Assembly (NCBI GenBank): GCA_035310125.1
Contig: DATGEP010000201.1
Coordinates: 15,684-79,683, forward strand
Length of the DNA stretch: 64,000 nt
Source of the DNA: Ktedonobacterales bacterium
GTDB lineage: Bacteria; Chloroflexota; Ktedonobacteria; Ktedonobacterales; JADMIN01
Reading direction: 5' to 3'
The position numbers and the translations under genes are program-made. This document shows, piece after piece, positions 31,515 to 41,455 of the stretch; positions within the stretch are counted from its first letter, which is position 1, and the number at the start of each line of letters is the position of its first letter. The notes beneath the pieces are model-generated. The model searched no databases. It saw nothing but the letters and a program-made list of their open reading frames with translations, and was not told the DNA's origin.

Positions 31515-32654
31515 ATGGCAGTGCATACGACGTCCGACGAACAGATGTTGATAGATATGGTTCGCGACCTCGCGCGCGACAAAGTAGCGCCGCGTGCCGC
31601 CGCGATAGACGCGACCGGCGAGTTTCCCTGGGATATGAAAGAGCTGCTCGCCAAACAAGACATCCTGGCGATGCCTTTCCCTGAGGAGTACGGCGGCCTC
31701 GGCTCCTCCGAGCTGACCATCCTGCGCACCATCGAGGAGCTGTCCAAAGCCTGCGCTACAACCGCCCTGCTTCTTTGTGTACAGCAATTGGGCGCGCTGC
31801 CCATCCTGCTTGCCGGTACCGAGGAGCAGAAACAGCGATGGATACCGCGACTCGCAACAGGTGAATGGCTCTCGGCATATGGGCTGACTGAGCCGGGATC
31901 CGGTTCTGATGCGGGCGCGATGCGCACGCGGGCCGAGCGCCGGGGCGATACCTACGTGCTGAACGGTCTCAAACACTTCATCACCAACGCCGGCATCGCG
32001 CATGTCAATACCATCTTCGCCTCAACGGACCCCAGCAAGGGCACCCGAGGCATCAGCGCGTTCGTCGTTGAGGACGGCACGCCTGGCTTCCACCTGGGCA
32101 AGGTGGAAAACAAGATGGGCATTCGCGGCTCGCAAACGGGTGAGCTGGTCTTCGAGGATTGTGTGATCCCCGCAGCAAATCTCTTGGGCCAAGAAGGCGA
32201 AGGATTCAAAATCGGGCTGGCAACCTTGGATCGCACGCGCCCTGGCATCGCGGCGCAGGCTTTGGGCATCGCCCAGGGCGCGCTGGATTTCGCCGCCAAT
32301 TACGCGAAAGAACGTGTCCAGTTTGGCAAGCCGATTTTCGAGAATCAGGCAATTCAGTTCATGCTGGCGGATATGGATATCAAAGTGGAAGCGGCGCGGC
32401 AGCTTATCTACCACGTCGGCGAGCTGATGGACGCTGGGACACCACGCTTTACTCGCGAGTCCGCCATCGCGAAGACCTACGCTTCTGACATCGCCATCGA
32501 GGTGACAAACGACGCTATTCAGGTGCTCGGCGGCTATGGGTATATGAAAGAGTTCCCGGTCGAGCGGATGATGCGCGACGCAAAGATTTGCCAGATCTAC
32601 GAGGGCACCAACCAGATCCAGCGCATGGTGATCGCCCGCGCGCTCGCCGGCTAG
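31515..32654 (+). CDS. acyl-CoA dehydrogenase (short/medium-chain type)
   Basis: 379 aa with GLTEPGSGSDA and the C-terminal catalytic region QIYEGTNQIQRMVIAR. Confidence 0.95.
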   Translation: MAVHTTSDEQMLIDMVRDLARDKVAPRAAAIDATGEFPWDMKELLAKQDILAMPFPEEYGGLGSSELTILRTIEELSKACATTALLLCVQQLGALPILLAGTEEQKQRWIPRLATGEWLSAYGLTEPGSGSDAGAMRTRAERRGDTYVLNGLKHFITNAGIAHVNTIFASTDPSKGTRGISAFVVEDGTPGFHLGKVENKMGIRGSQTGELVFEDCVIPAANLLGQEGEGFKIGLATLDRTRPGIAAQALGIAQGALDFAANYAKERVQFGKPIFENQAIQFMLADMDIKVEAARQLIYHVGELMDAGTPRFTRESAIAKTYASDIAIEVTNDAIQVLGGYGYMKEFPVERMMRDAKICQIYEGTNQIQRMVIARALAG

Positions 32655-32680
32655 CATTCGCAACATCTACTCTTCCGTTG

Positions 32681-32714
32681 CGCGCGCCGGGCATCCGCCG
32701 GCGCGCCAGCTTTT
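32681..32714 (+). terminator. rho-independent terminator candidate
   Basis: A GC stem gcgcgccgg / ccggcgcgc with a 7-nt loop, followed by cagcTTTT. It lies 27 nt after the stop. Confidence 0.55.
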
Positions 32715-32857
32715 AGATTCCCGCGTCCGCCCCTGTCCGTTCGTGCCCGTCGCCGACCGTCGCCGCGCCGGCTCCGATGTGATACGCTCGCCCCGACGCC
32801 GGACAGCGTTCCCTGTCACATCAAGAATCACACCTGCTGTGCGAAATTGCGAAATTG

Positions 32858-32875
32858 CGGCAGAATCGGCAACCG
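32858..32875 (+). repeat. 18-nt intergenic repeat, copy 1 (cggcagaatcggcaaccg)
   Basis: Identical to 45101-45118. It is preceded by a tandem gcgaaatt x2 (32841-32856). Confidence 0.6.
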
Positions 32876-32953
32876 CCATCTCACCACCGCTGCCATCCTT
32901 GCGATGTACAATTCGGAATGAGAGCGGAGGCGAACACGAGAGGAGAAGCGGAT

Positions 32954-33625
32954 ATGGCGCTTTATGTAGATTCCGCGGACGTGGCCGAGATTGCCCAGCT
33001 TTGCGCCGCATATCCCGTGGCGGGCGTGACGACTAATCCCTCGATCCTGCTGGCGGCCATCGAGCGCGGCCAGCGCCTGCGCGACCTGGAGCTCGTGCGT
33101 GAGCTACTGACTGTCTGTGATGGTCTGGTCTTCATGCAGCCCACGGCGGAGACAGCCGAGGCGCTCATCGCGGCGGGCATGCGCTATGTAGATCAAGACA
33201 GCGCGCGGGTGGTGCTGAAACTCCCCATGACAGCGATGGGCACCCGCGCGGCGCTCACGTTGAAGCGGCAGGGCGTCCGGTTCGCCTTTACGGCGGTAGC
33301 GTCGCTGGCCCAGGCATACACCGGCTCCCTGGTAGGCGCGGATTGGGTCATTCCATACTTCTGCCGGATGCGCCGGGCCGGTATAGATGCTGCTGACCGC
33401 GTAGCGGGCATGGCGCGCCTGCTCACAAACCAAACGAAGGTATGCCATATCCTGGCCGCGAGCCTGAAGTCTCCGGCGGACGTCGTAGAGGCGACGCTTG
33501 CCGGCGCACATGATGCGACGCTGCCTCCCGAGGTGCTGCGGGCGATGGCTGAGGATCCACTCACACAGGCGGCGGTGACGCAATTCGCGGCAGACTGGCG
33601 GCGAGCCGGCGAGTTACTAGGATAG
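32954..33625 (+). CDS. Fsa/TalC-type (short) transaldolase
   Basis: From the internal ATG at 32954 it reads MALYVDSADVAEIAQL...GVTTNPSIL...LKLPMT, a class I aldolase of the fructose-6-phosphate aldolase/transaldolase subfamily. Confidence 0.85.
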   Translation: MALYVDSADVAEIAQLCAAYPVAGVTTNPSILLAAIERGQRLRDLELVRELLTVCDGLVFMQPTAETAEALIAAGMRYVDQDSARVVLKLPMTAMGTRAALTLKRQGVRFAFTAVASLAQAYTGSLVGADWVIPYFCRMRRAGIDAADRVAGMARLLTNQTKVCHILAASLKSPADVVEATLAGAHDATLPPEVLRAMAEDPLTQAAVTQFAADWRRAGELLG

Positions 33626-33633
33626 ACCGCCGC

Positions 33634-34980
33634 TTAATAGAAGCGGAACGTATCGAGCAGCGGCCCAAAGTCGGTAGAATTGATCTGACCGAAGGACGGC
33701 TGTGGCGCCGTGAGCACAATAAAATAGGCGGTGGCGCCCTGGATCACCGCGAGTATACGCATCTGTACGATCGCCGCCTTGCCGTTGACAATACCGGAGA
33801 ACGTATAGTCACTCTCCGTCCACTTCGCGCGGTTGTATGTTGGTGCCGCGCCCTGCGTGATCGCTTTAAGGGGCGCATTGGCGGCGGTGTCGGACGCGAG
33901 CTCATCCCGGTATGATTGAAGGAGATTCGCCGTACCGATGGTCGTATAGAGAGTAGCGGTTATCCCATGCTCATCCGTGAAGCTATCTTTATGGGCGGCT
34001 GTGCCATCGGAGAGCATCTGATCCGCCCCAGAATGCTTCCATCCGGAAGGATACGCGAGACTGTACAGCGCCGTCGCATAGCCGGTGAAGCCATTCGGAA
34101 CAGGCGCCGTTGGCACAGGCGTTCCACTGACTTGCGAAACCGACGTTGATTGAGCTTGTAAGCTTGCCAGGTGCGACAGGCCAATGCTGATCGGAATAGC
34201 GAGGATGACCAGTATCAAGCCGAAGAGCAAAATGTTCATCACACCGCGCGATATGTTGGCCGCGACTCGCCGGGCCTGGACGCTGCGTTGCACGGGCGCT
34301 CCATCCTGACCATAGTGCGGCATGCTCATCCACTCAGGCTCTTGCTCGACCAGATCTACCATTGGCGACCGCCCACGCCAGCCGGAGGATGAGCCAGACA
34401 GTGGGCCGGAGGGTGGGCCACTCTGTGGGAGTACGTTCCAATCGCGGTTCGCTGCTCGGTTCAGCGCCCACGGATCGCCTGCTGGTGGCGTCTCCGTAGC
34501 GGCGCCTCTGTTTTCGAGAGGACCATAAGTATCGTCCCAGGGATCGGGTGTAGTGGGCTGCCGTTGGTCACCCGGCTGATAGTTCGGTGGCTGCGATGCC
34601 CAGTCAGGCGGCTGTTGCTGGGGGGGCAAGGGTTGTCTGGGAGGACGGGGTGGCATCGGCGTGTTGGGAGGCATGCGCACGGGCTTTGGCGGCGCGGCGG
34701 CGGCGGGCCCTGCACGCCGTGTATCGCGCCAGGCGAGGAAGGTCTGCCCTCGACTGCGCGAGGGCTTCTGCGCGGGCTGCTGGCCAGTGAATGGAGTGTC
34801 TGACTTGAAGAGATCACCGAGCGTGCCGGATCGTTTCTCCTTGGCCGGCCTCTTCCCAAATGTGATGTGTCGCTTAGTAGGGCCACGCGGCGGCGCGACG
34901 CTTGTCGCGGGCACCGACGCGCCGCACCGGTCGCAAAAATCACCTGAGGTGACGTACGCCCCACAATTCGGGCACCACAT
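33634..34980 (-). CDS. zinc-ribbon / Pro-rich / single-transmembrane protein with an extracytoplasmic domain
   Basis: From ATG 34980 it reads MWCPNCGAYVTSGDFCDRCG (CxxC...CxxC), followed by a long P/Q-rich linker, one transmembrane helix (ILLFGLILVILAIPISIGL) and a globular domain of about 170 aa. Confidence 0.65.
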   Translation of the reverse strand: MWCPNCGAYVTSGDFCDRCGASVPATSVAPPRGPTKRHITFGKRPAKEKRSGTLGDLFKSDTPFTGQQPAQKPSRSRGQTFLAWRDTRRAGPAAAAPPKPVRMPPNTPMPPRPPRQPLPPQQQPPDWASQPPNYQPGDQRQPTTPDPWDDTYGPLENRGAATETPPAGDPWALNRAANRDWNVLPQSGPPSGPLSGSSSGWRGRSPMVDLVEQEPEWMSMPHYGQDGAPVQRSVQARRVAANISRGVMNILLFGLILVILAIPISIGLSHLASLQAQSTSVSQVSGTPVPTAPVPNGFTGYATALYSLAYPSGWKHSGADQMLSDGTAAHKDSFTDEHGITATLYTTIGTANLLQSYRDELASDTAANAPLKAITQGAAPTYNRAKWTESDYTFSGIVNGKAAIVQMRILAVIQGATAYFIVLTAPQPSFGQINSTDFGPLLDTFRFY

Positions 34981-35178
34981 GCGAATATCCCCTCTCGCCC
35001 CTGACCGCCACACGCATCGTGCTCGCCGTCCTGCTGTGGGCACCTCATTCTGGCCAGGTTGCCACGATTATAACGGGTGACTCCCCGAATGGCTATACTG
35101 ATAGTAGGGATGGCACAGGTGGCGCGTATTCTGCATTCCATGGGAAGCAGAGATACACCGATTGGTGGAGGATAGCTT

Positions 35179-36486
35179 TTGCGGCAGGAACATGAGCCGA
35201 CCGACGGGCAGGATACGAGATACCGCGCGGTCCCGCCAGCAGAGAATGTGGCGGCACACGGAGATATCGGAGACATCAGTATGACCGTGGCTGGTGATGC
35301 TGCCCAGGATGATGTCACAGAAACCGGCGCGGTAGTGGCGCTGACGCGGTTACTCGTCGCGCCCCTGCCGCCTCGGGGCGCATTATCGCAGGCGTTGGCG
35401 CTGGGTACGCGCCTGCTCCCGTGCATGCGGTCGCTCGCGCTCTACACCATATTTGACGGCACCCATGAATCGCTCACACTGGTGGGCAGGGTTGAGCGCC
35501 AGCACGATAGCTTGGACATTACGGCGCAAGCTCTCTGGCAACCGCGCACGACACTCGGCCATGGCAATGATCTGGACCAGCGCGTGTTGGATGAGCATAC
35601 CACCGGCCGGGCACGAGGGGTTACCGCAGTGCCACTACGGAGTGCTGAAGCGGGGTGGGTTGGGGTACTGGTGGTGGAGGAGCAGAACCAGGCGCATGCT
35701 CGCGAGCGTCACCCGATGCTTGACGTGCTCGCACACTGCCTGACCGTACTGCTGGAGCGTCATGTGCGGAACGAGACGGCAACGGAAGATGGACGTGCGC
35801 GTGACGAGTTCATTTCTCTGGCGGCGCATGAGCTACGCAATCCGCTTGCCGCTGTGACGGGGTACGCTCAGCTACTCGTCCGGCAGGCGCGGAAACATGT
35901 TTTGCCTGACGCTATGCTGCGTTCGATAGCGGCCATCGAGCAGCAAAGCCTGCGCATGTCGGAGATGATTGGCGAGCTGCTGGATGCCTCACGCATTCGG
36001 CGGGGAACGCTTGAAGTGCAGGCAGCCGACACCGACCTCATACCACTGGCTCGCAAAGTCATCGCGAAGCGCCAGGGAAACGCTCCACGGCACACCATCG
36101 CGCTACGAATCGAGACACCGTCGCTCGTGGGCTGCTGGGATGGGCTGCGGGTCGAGCAGATTCTGCGCGATCTGCTCGACAACGCGGTCCGTTTTAGTCC
36201 AGATGGCGGCCCGATCTTCGTGCGCCTGGCAACCTCGGAGGGAATGGCGCTGGTGAGTGTGCGAGACGAAGGCATCGGTATCGAGCCTGAAGATCAGCCG
36301 CATATCTTTGAGTACCTCTACCGTGCGCCTAGCGCGGAGGAACGGAATCAATCGGGCTTAGGATTAGGACTCTACATCTGCTGGCACCTGGCCGAGCGCA
36401 TGGGCGGCCGGCTCGTGCTGCACGAGACGCGCACCGAGAACACACACGGCAGCGAGCTCCATCTGTTGCTTCCGCTTCCAACGTAA
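35179..36486 (+). CDS. sensor histidine kinase with a GAF-like N-terminal domain, orphan
   Basis: It carries the HisKA H-box SLAAHELRNPL and HATPase_c N/G boxes (DNAVRFSP, DEGIGI, GLGLGLYI). The start is uncertain (TTG 35179 or ATG 35281). Confidence 0.85.
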   Translation: MRQEHEPTDGQDTRYRAVPPAENVAAHGDIGDISMTVAGDAAQDDVTETGAVVALTRLLVAPLPPRGALSQALALGTRLLPCMRSLALYTIFDGTHESLTLVGRVERQHDSLDITAQALWQPRTTLGHGNDLDQRVLDEHTTGRARGVTAVPLRSAEAGWVGVLVVEEQNQAHARERHPMLDVLAHCLTVLLERHVRNETATEDGRARDEFISLAAHELRNPLAAVTGYAQLLVRQARKHVLPDAMLRSIAAIEQQSLRMSEMIGELLDASRIRRGTLEVQAADTDLIPLARKVIAKRQGNAPRHTIALRIETPSLVGCWDGLRVEQILRDLLDNAVRFSPDGGPIFVRLATSEGMALVSVRDEGIGIEPEDQPHIFEYLYRAPSAEERNQSGLGLGLYICWHLAERMGGRLVLHETRTENTHGSELHLLLPLPT

Positions 36487-36635
36487 GGGGAGGTGGATGA
36501 GCGAGGAAGCACGAGACTAACGGTATTTCATGTTGCCCCGCGATCTTTCTCGCGGCGGAAACTGGGAATGTTGTCCCCGCCGTCTCGCACGCTTGCGGGA
36601 ATGTGAGACAATGCGCGTGACGCTCGCCGCTGGAG

Positions 36636-37454
36636 ATGGCTCGTGACACCACCGCACGTCTTGGAGCACGCGACACCTACATGCGCATTCTCACCAACCT
36701 GTCCCGCCTGGTTCTGCATTTTTACCTCGCGCACCAGTTTTCGACACTGTTTGTCCTGGTGCTGATCGAGGAAGCGGGCATTCCAATTCCTATCCCCGGC
36801 GATACTCTGGTGATGCTGGCGGGCGCTCGCCACCACAAGACGCTGGGGTACGACGTAGGGATACTGTTGCTCTCCAGCCTCGCCGTCTTCATTGGCTCGT
36901 CCGTTCTGTACTTTGTGATGCGACGCAATGGACGGCCGCTGCTGGCGAAGTACGGCAAGTACATCCACCTCAACGAGCGGCGGCTGGATATACTGGAGCG
37001 CTGGTTCGTCAAACGAGGGCGCCTCGCCATCGTCCTGGGGCGCCTTATCCCGGGCCTGCGCATCCCTACCACAATTATGGCGGGGCTTGCGGATGTGCCG
37101 TACTCGGTGTATGCGCCGACAGCGGCGCTCGCGGCAGTGATCTGGTCGCTCTTCTACTTCTGGCTTGGCGTCGCGCTCCAGCACGGCTGGCAGTTGATCT
37201 CGGCGTATGCCGCGGGGCTGTTGGATGGCCTGACAGGCTCCATCGTGTGGGCGTGGCTCTTCATACTGCTCTTCGTCAGCGGCGGCACCCTGCATGTAGG
37301 ACGGCGGATCTGGCGCGTGCGGGCGCGCCGGCGCACGACGGCAATTCATAGCGGCGCGATGACCGGACCGCTGCCAGTGGTGCCACCGCTGACGATCGAG
37401 GGGAAAAACCGCCCGCATCAGTCTGCCGCGGACGCGGGTACTACCTCAGTATAA
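36636..37454 (+). CDS. DedA family membrane protein
   Basis: It reads LIEEAGIPIPIPGDTLVMLAG with GRLIPGLRIPTTIMAG, the typical DedA/SNARE-associated pattern. Confidence 0.85.
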   Translation: MARDTTARLGARDTYMRILTNLSRLVLHFYLAHQFSTLFVLVLIEEAGIPIPIPGDTLVMLAGARHHKTLGYDVGILLLSSLAVFIGSSVLYFVMRRNGRPLLAKYGKYIHLNERRLDILERWFVKRGRLAIVLGRLIPGLRIPTTIMAGLADVPYSVYAPTAALAAVIWSLFYFWLGVALQHGWQLISAYAAGLLDGLTGSIVWAWLFILLFVSGGTLHVGRRIWRVRARRRTTAIHSGAMTGPLPVVPPLTIEGKNRPHQSAADAGTTSV

Positions 37455-37585
37455 TGTGGACTCCAGATACTCCATGGCCTGGTTGATATCCTGGCGTGCT
37501 GTCTGCGGAGGAGGTGCGCGGAGGTGAAGGCCATGCTCCATCTATCCAAATGCCCTAGCGGTTCGCAGCCGCGCCTACATTCCGC

Positions 37586-37945
37586 TCAACCCGGAGGCCA
37601 GCCAAGCCGGCGCCCGCCGAGGAGGTGCAGGTGCATATGGAACACGGTTTGCCCGGCATCGCGTCCGACATTCCACACGAGCCGGTAGCCGCTCTCCGCC
37701 ACGCCTTGCTCGCGGGCGACGGCATTCGCGGCGGAAACAATCGCCACGAGCAGCGCGCCGTCTCGCGCCTCTGGCACGTTGATGCCGGCGATGTGTGCGC
37801 GCGGAACGACCAGGGCATGCAGCGGCGCCTGAGGATTCACGTCGCGGAAGGCGATCACCTTCTCGTCCCTGTATATCTGTGTGCTGGGAATCTCGCCCGC
37901 GACAATGCGACAGAACAAGCAGGTTGGGTCATACGAAACACTCAT
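37586..37945 (-). CDS. HIT family protein
   Basis: 119 aa with the histidine triad HMHLHLLGG. Confidence 0.9.
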   Translation of the reverse strand: MSVSYDPTCLFCRIVAGEIPSTQIYRDEKVIAFRDVNPQAPLHALVVPRAHIAGINVPEARDGALLVAIVSAANAVAREQGVAESGYRLVWNVGRDAGQTVFHMHLHLLGGRRLGWPPG

Positions 37946-38009
37946 CGGCGCCCTCAGCCCTCATCTATCCCGTGTATCCGCTGTATTCCCTGCATCATCC
38001 ATGATCCTC

Positions 38010-38522
38010 TCACAGCCGCACCATCCGGAGAAATTCGGGCGGGGTTGCCTGGAAGCGTTCACGCAGATAAGCCCTTCCGTGGGGCGTGAAGAAGATGCGC
38101 GCGCCGGTCGCTAGACTCCGCTGTACGCCTGTCAACACACGCGCCTCACCCCAGAGGGGATGCCGCCGCTCACGGATGACACCTACGATGCGTGTGATGG
38201 TGAGCACGATGACGGGTATGGCGATAATCACCAATTGTGTGCGCGGCGCCTGACTCAACCCCGTGATAGGCGGTGGATGGAGCGCGAAAAGGCTGGCATA
38301 CGAGATAGCGGCCAGCGTCAGCGCGGCGACTACGAGTTGCGCCAGCACCCGGCGCGCGGGCGGCTCGCGCAGCGATACCACGGTGACGCCAAACGGGCCG
38401 ACGCTCCAACACACGAGCGCGGGGTCTCGGGGGAGCGCCACTGCCCAATACGCGATGTGGTAGACAGCAATCCAGAGCAGAACGATAGCCGCGAAATAGA
38501 CGAGATGAATTTGCATGAACAC
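38010..38522 (-). CDS. hypothetical membrane protein
   Basis: 170 aa with about 4 hydrophobic helices and no recognisable motif. Confidence 0.5.
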   Translation of the reverse strand: MFMQIHLVYFAAIVLLWIAVYHIAYWAVALPRDPALVCWSVGPFGVTVVSLREPPARRVLAQLVVAALTLAAISYASLFALHPPPITGLSQAPRTQLVIIAIPVIVLTITRIVGVIRERRHPLWGEARVLTGVQRSLATGARIFFTPHGRAYLRERFQATPPEFLRMVRL

Positions 38523-38894
38523 GGCTACCTCCTCACGAGGTTCTTAGCTGACGTCGCGGCGCCTCATATTTATTATACGCGCGAACAATGCCAGAAGTGC
38601 GGCTCTTTTCTGAGGTTTGGCTGCGAGTGTCCGTCTCAGCGCATTCTCCGCCAGCGCTGCATCGTTGCGCTAAAGTGTACCGGGTCGGTAACAGGTGGGT
38701 CAAGACGGCACGATTGGACCAGCGGCTCCATCCGTTTGACCAGCGAGTCTCTGCCCATCAGCTCCGCATCCCGTATGGTCGCTGACTATGCCGCAGAGCC
38801 GTTGACGGTGCCGGTATCCTGGTGGTATCGTTTGTACATGCTTCACAAAATATATCAACATAGTTAAGTATTGCTGTACGGAAGCGGGGTTCCC

Positions 38895-40064
38895 ATGGGT
38901 GAGGTGTCACAGCAGATGCTGCGCCGCGCGCGCGGCGAAGTGACTGAGTGGAGCGCGAGCGAAGTCGAGCGCCGCATCAAAGCGGGTGAACACTTTCCAA
39001 TTGTGGACGTGCGCGAGAAGCTCGAATGGAACGATGGGTACATCCCCGGCGCTGTCCATGTCCCGCGCGGCTACCTTGAGCTTCAGATCGAAGAAGCGCT
39101 GCCTGACAAGGACCAGCCCGTCGTATTGTATTGCGCTGGTGGCGTGCGGTCGCTGCTCGCAGCGGAGACCCTGCGCCAGATGGGCTACAAAGAACCAATC
39201 TCGATGTCGGGCGGCTACACCAGTTGGCGGAACGCTGGCCTGCCGACGGCGACGCCGCGTGTGCTGAGCGACACGCAGCGCAGGCGTTACAGCCGGCATC
39301 TGCTCGTTCCCGAAGTGGGCGAGGCGGGCCAGCTCAAGTTGGCCGACGCGAAAGTGCTGCTGCTCGGCGCGGGCGGCCTGGGCGCTCCGGCTGCGCTCTA
39401 TCTGGCGGCGGCGGGCGTCGGCACGCTCGGTCTGGTAGATATGGACGTGGTGGAGGAGAGCAACCTTCAACGGCAGATCATCCATTCCACCGCGCGGCTC
39501 GGCAAGCTCAAGACGGAGTCGGCCCGCGAGGCGATCCAGGGGTTGAATCCCGACGTAAAGGTCGTCGCGCACAATGAGTGGCTGGATAAATCCAACGTCG
39601 CCCGCATCATTGCCGATTACGATGTGATCGTGGATGGCACGGACAACTTCCCGACGCGCTACCTGCTCAACGACGCCGCTGTGATCGCCAACAAGCCTGT
39701 CGTCCACGGCAGCGTCTTCCGCTTCGAGGGGCAGGTGACGGTCTTCAAGCCATATGACGGACCGTGCTATCGTTGCCTCTTCCGCGAGCCGCCACCGCCG
39801 GAGCTGGCGCCAAGCTGCGCTGAGGCTGGCGTGCTGGGCGTGCTGCCCGGCACTATCGGCATGCTCCAGGCAACCGAGGCCATCAAGCTGATTCTAGGCA
39901 TCGGGGAGCCGCTGGTGGGCCGCCTGCTGATGTATGACGCACTGAGTGAGTCCTTCGACGAGCTGAAGCTGCGCCGCGATCCGAGCTGCCCCGCCTGCGG
40001 TGAGGATGCCCACCCCGAAGATCTCCCGACCTACGAGGAGATTTGCGGCCTTCCAAAGCGGTAA
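38895..40064 (+). CDS. rhodanese-ThiF/MoeB fusion, E1-like adenylyltransferase/sulfurtransferase
   Basis: The N-terminal rhodanese reads IVDVREKLEWNDGYIPGAVHVP with active-site CAGGVRS. It is followed by the ThiF domain LLLGAGGLGAPAALYLAAAGVG and two CxxC pairs (CYRC, CPAC). Confidence 0.9.
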   Translation: MGEVSQQMLRRARGEVTEWSASEVERRIKAGEHFPIVDVREKLEWNDGYIPGAVHVPRGYLELQIEEALPDKDQPVVLYCAGGVRSLLAAETLRQMGYKEPISMSGGYTSWRNAGLPTATPRVLSDTQRRRYSRHLLVPEVGEAGQLKLADAKVLLLGAGGLGAPAALYLAAAGVGTLGLVDMDVVEESNLQRQIIHSTARLGKLKTESAREAIQGLNPDVKVVAHNEWLDKSNVARIIADYDVIVDGTDNFPTRYLLNDAAVIANKPVVHGSVFRFEGQVTVFKPYDGPCYRCLFREPPPPELAPSCAEAGVLGVLPGTIGMLQATEAIKLILGIGEPLVGRLLMYDALSESFDELKLRRDPSCPACGEDAHPEDLPTYEEICGLPKR

Positions 40065-40224
40065 GACGTGTCGCGCGGATCTTTTCGTCACGTCGCACGC
40101 GGACGGCGCCCGCCGCCGCAGAGGCGTGAGCTACCGTTCGCGTGGTCTGCCTGCGAAGGCAGAGAGCGGGATAATGCCGAGAGCGCATGCACACATTGAG
40201 CGATATTGAGGAGTCACAGAAGCT

Positions 40225-40503
40225 ATGAGCACCGTTCGTATTCCGCCCGTCCTGCGGGCCTCAGTTGGCGGCGCGAAGCAGGTGGAGGCCGGCGGCGATA
40301 CCCTCGGCGCCGTGCTGAGCGATCTCTTTGCCCATTACCCAACCGTCCGCGAGCAGATTCTGAGTCCTGAAGGGGACCTGAGTCGCTTCGTTAACGTCTT
40401 CGTCAACGATCAGGATGTGCGCTTCCTCAATGGACTCGAGACACCCGTGGGCGGCAATGACACGATTATGCTCTTGCCCGCGATGGCCGGGGGCGCACGA
40501 TAA
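40225..40503 (+). CDS. MoaD/ThiS-family sulfur-carrier protein (CysO-like)
   Basis: 92 aa with a beta-grasp-like sequence ending ...LLPAMAGGAR, that is Gly-Gly plus two extra residues. A GAGGAG Shine-Dalgarno sequence precedes it, and it lies between the E1 and cysM. Confidence 0.8.
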   Translation: MSTVRIPPVLRASVGGAKQVEAGGDTLGAVLSDLFAHYPTVREQILSPEGDLSRFVNVFVNDQDVRFLNGLETPVGGNDTIMLLPAMAGGAR

Positions 40504-40516
40504 CGACGAGGCTGAT

Positions 40517-41455
40517 ATGGCGCTGTATCCCAATCTCATCGAAGCTATAGGACATACGCCGCTCGTGGAGCTGTCCCACCTCAGCCCTCATCCCGATGTG
40601 CGGGTGTTCGTGAAGCTGGAAGGCGCCAATCCGACCGGAAGCGTCAAAGACCGCATCGCGCGGCAGATGATTCTGGATGCTGAGCGTACTGGCAGGCTTG
40701 TTCCCGGCAGCGTCATCTTGGAGCCGACGAGCGGCAACACGGGCATCGGTCTCGCTATGATCGCTCGCGTGCGCGGCTATCGGTTCGTCGCCGTCATGCC
40801 GGACAACGTCACCCCGGAGCGGCGCCAGATGCTTGCGCTTTACGGCGCGGAGATCATCGCGTCACCCGGCGCGGAGGGCAGCAATGGCGCGGTGCGCATG
40901 GCACAGCGCATGGCAGCCGAGAATCCAGACTATGTGCTGCTCTACCAGTACGGCAATCCAGCCAACCCTCGCGCTCACTACGAGACGACCGCGCCGGAGA
41001 TCATCGCCGATCTGCCCGACCTGGATGTCTTCGTGGCCGGGCTGGGTACCGGTGGCACGCTCACCGGCTGTGGGCGGCGCCTGAAGGAGCACAACCCCGG
41101 CATCCGCATCGTCGCCGCCGAGCCGTTGCAGGGCGAGGGCGTGCAGGGATTGCGCAGCCTGGAAGACGGTTTCATCCCGCCAGTGCTGGATAGCTCAGTC
41201 CTCGACGCCAAGATACTCGTCCACGCCGAGGATTCGCTACGTACGATGCGGGCATTGCTTGACAATGAAGGCATCTTTACGGGACCCAGTGGCGGCGCGG
41301 CGGTGCATGCCGCTCTGCGCGTAGCCAGAAGCATGGAGCGCGGAAAGATCGTCGCATTGCTGGCCGACGGCGGCTGGAAGTATCTAAGCGAAGACCTCTG
41401 GACCCGCAATCTGACTACCGCAGAAGAGGAGCTGGGGGGCAAGCTGCTATGGTGA
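40517..41455 (+). CDS. cysM: PLP-dependent cysteine synthase (CysM/CysK family)
   Basis: From ATG 40517 it reads MALYPNLIEAIGHTPLVEL...KLEGANPTGSVKDR (PLP lysine motif). Confidence 0.9.
   Translation: MALYPNLIEAIGHTPLVELSHLSPHPDVRVFVKLEGANPTGSVKDRIARQMILDAERTGRLVPGSVILEPTSGNTGIGLAMIARVRGYRFVAVMPDNVTPERRQMLALYGAEIIASPGAEGSNGAVRMAQRMAAENPDYVLLYQYGNPANPRAHYETTAPEIIADLPDLDVFVAGLGTGGTLTGCGRRLKEHNPGIRIVAAEPLQGEGVQGLRSLEDGFIPPVLDSSVLDAKILVHAEDSLRTMRALLDNEGIFTGPSGGAAVHAALRVARSMERGKIVALLADGGWKYLSEDLWTRNLTTAEEELGGKLLW

Noticed and set aside
31241-31927. 228-aa minus-strand ORF upstream of nusA, where rimP might be expected
   Set aside because: Most of it is antisense to the acyl-CoA dehydrogenase gene (31515..32654). 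The sequence is S/R/P-rich and unlike RimP.
36528-37418. 296-aa minus-strand ORF
   Set aside because: Antisense to the DedA gene. Arg- and Pro-rich junk composition.
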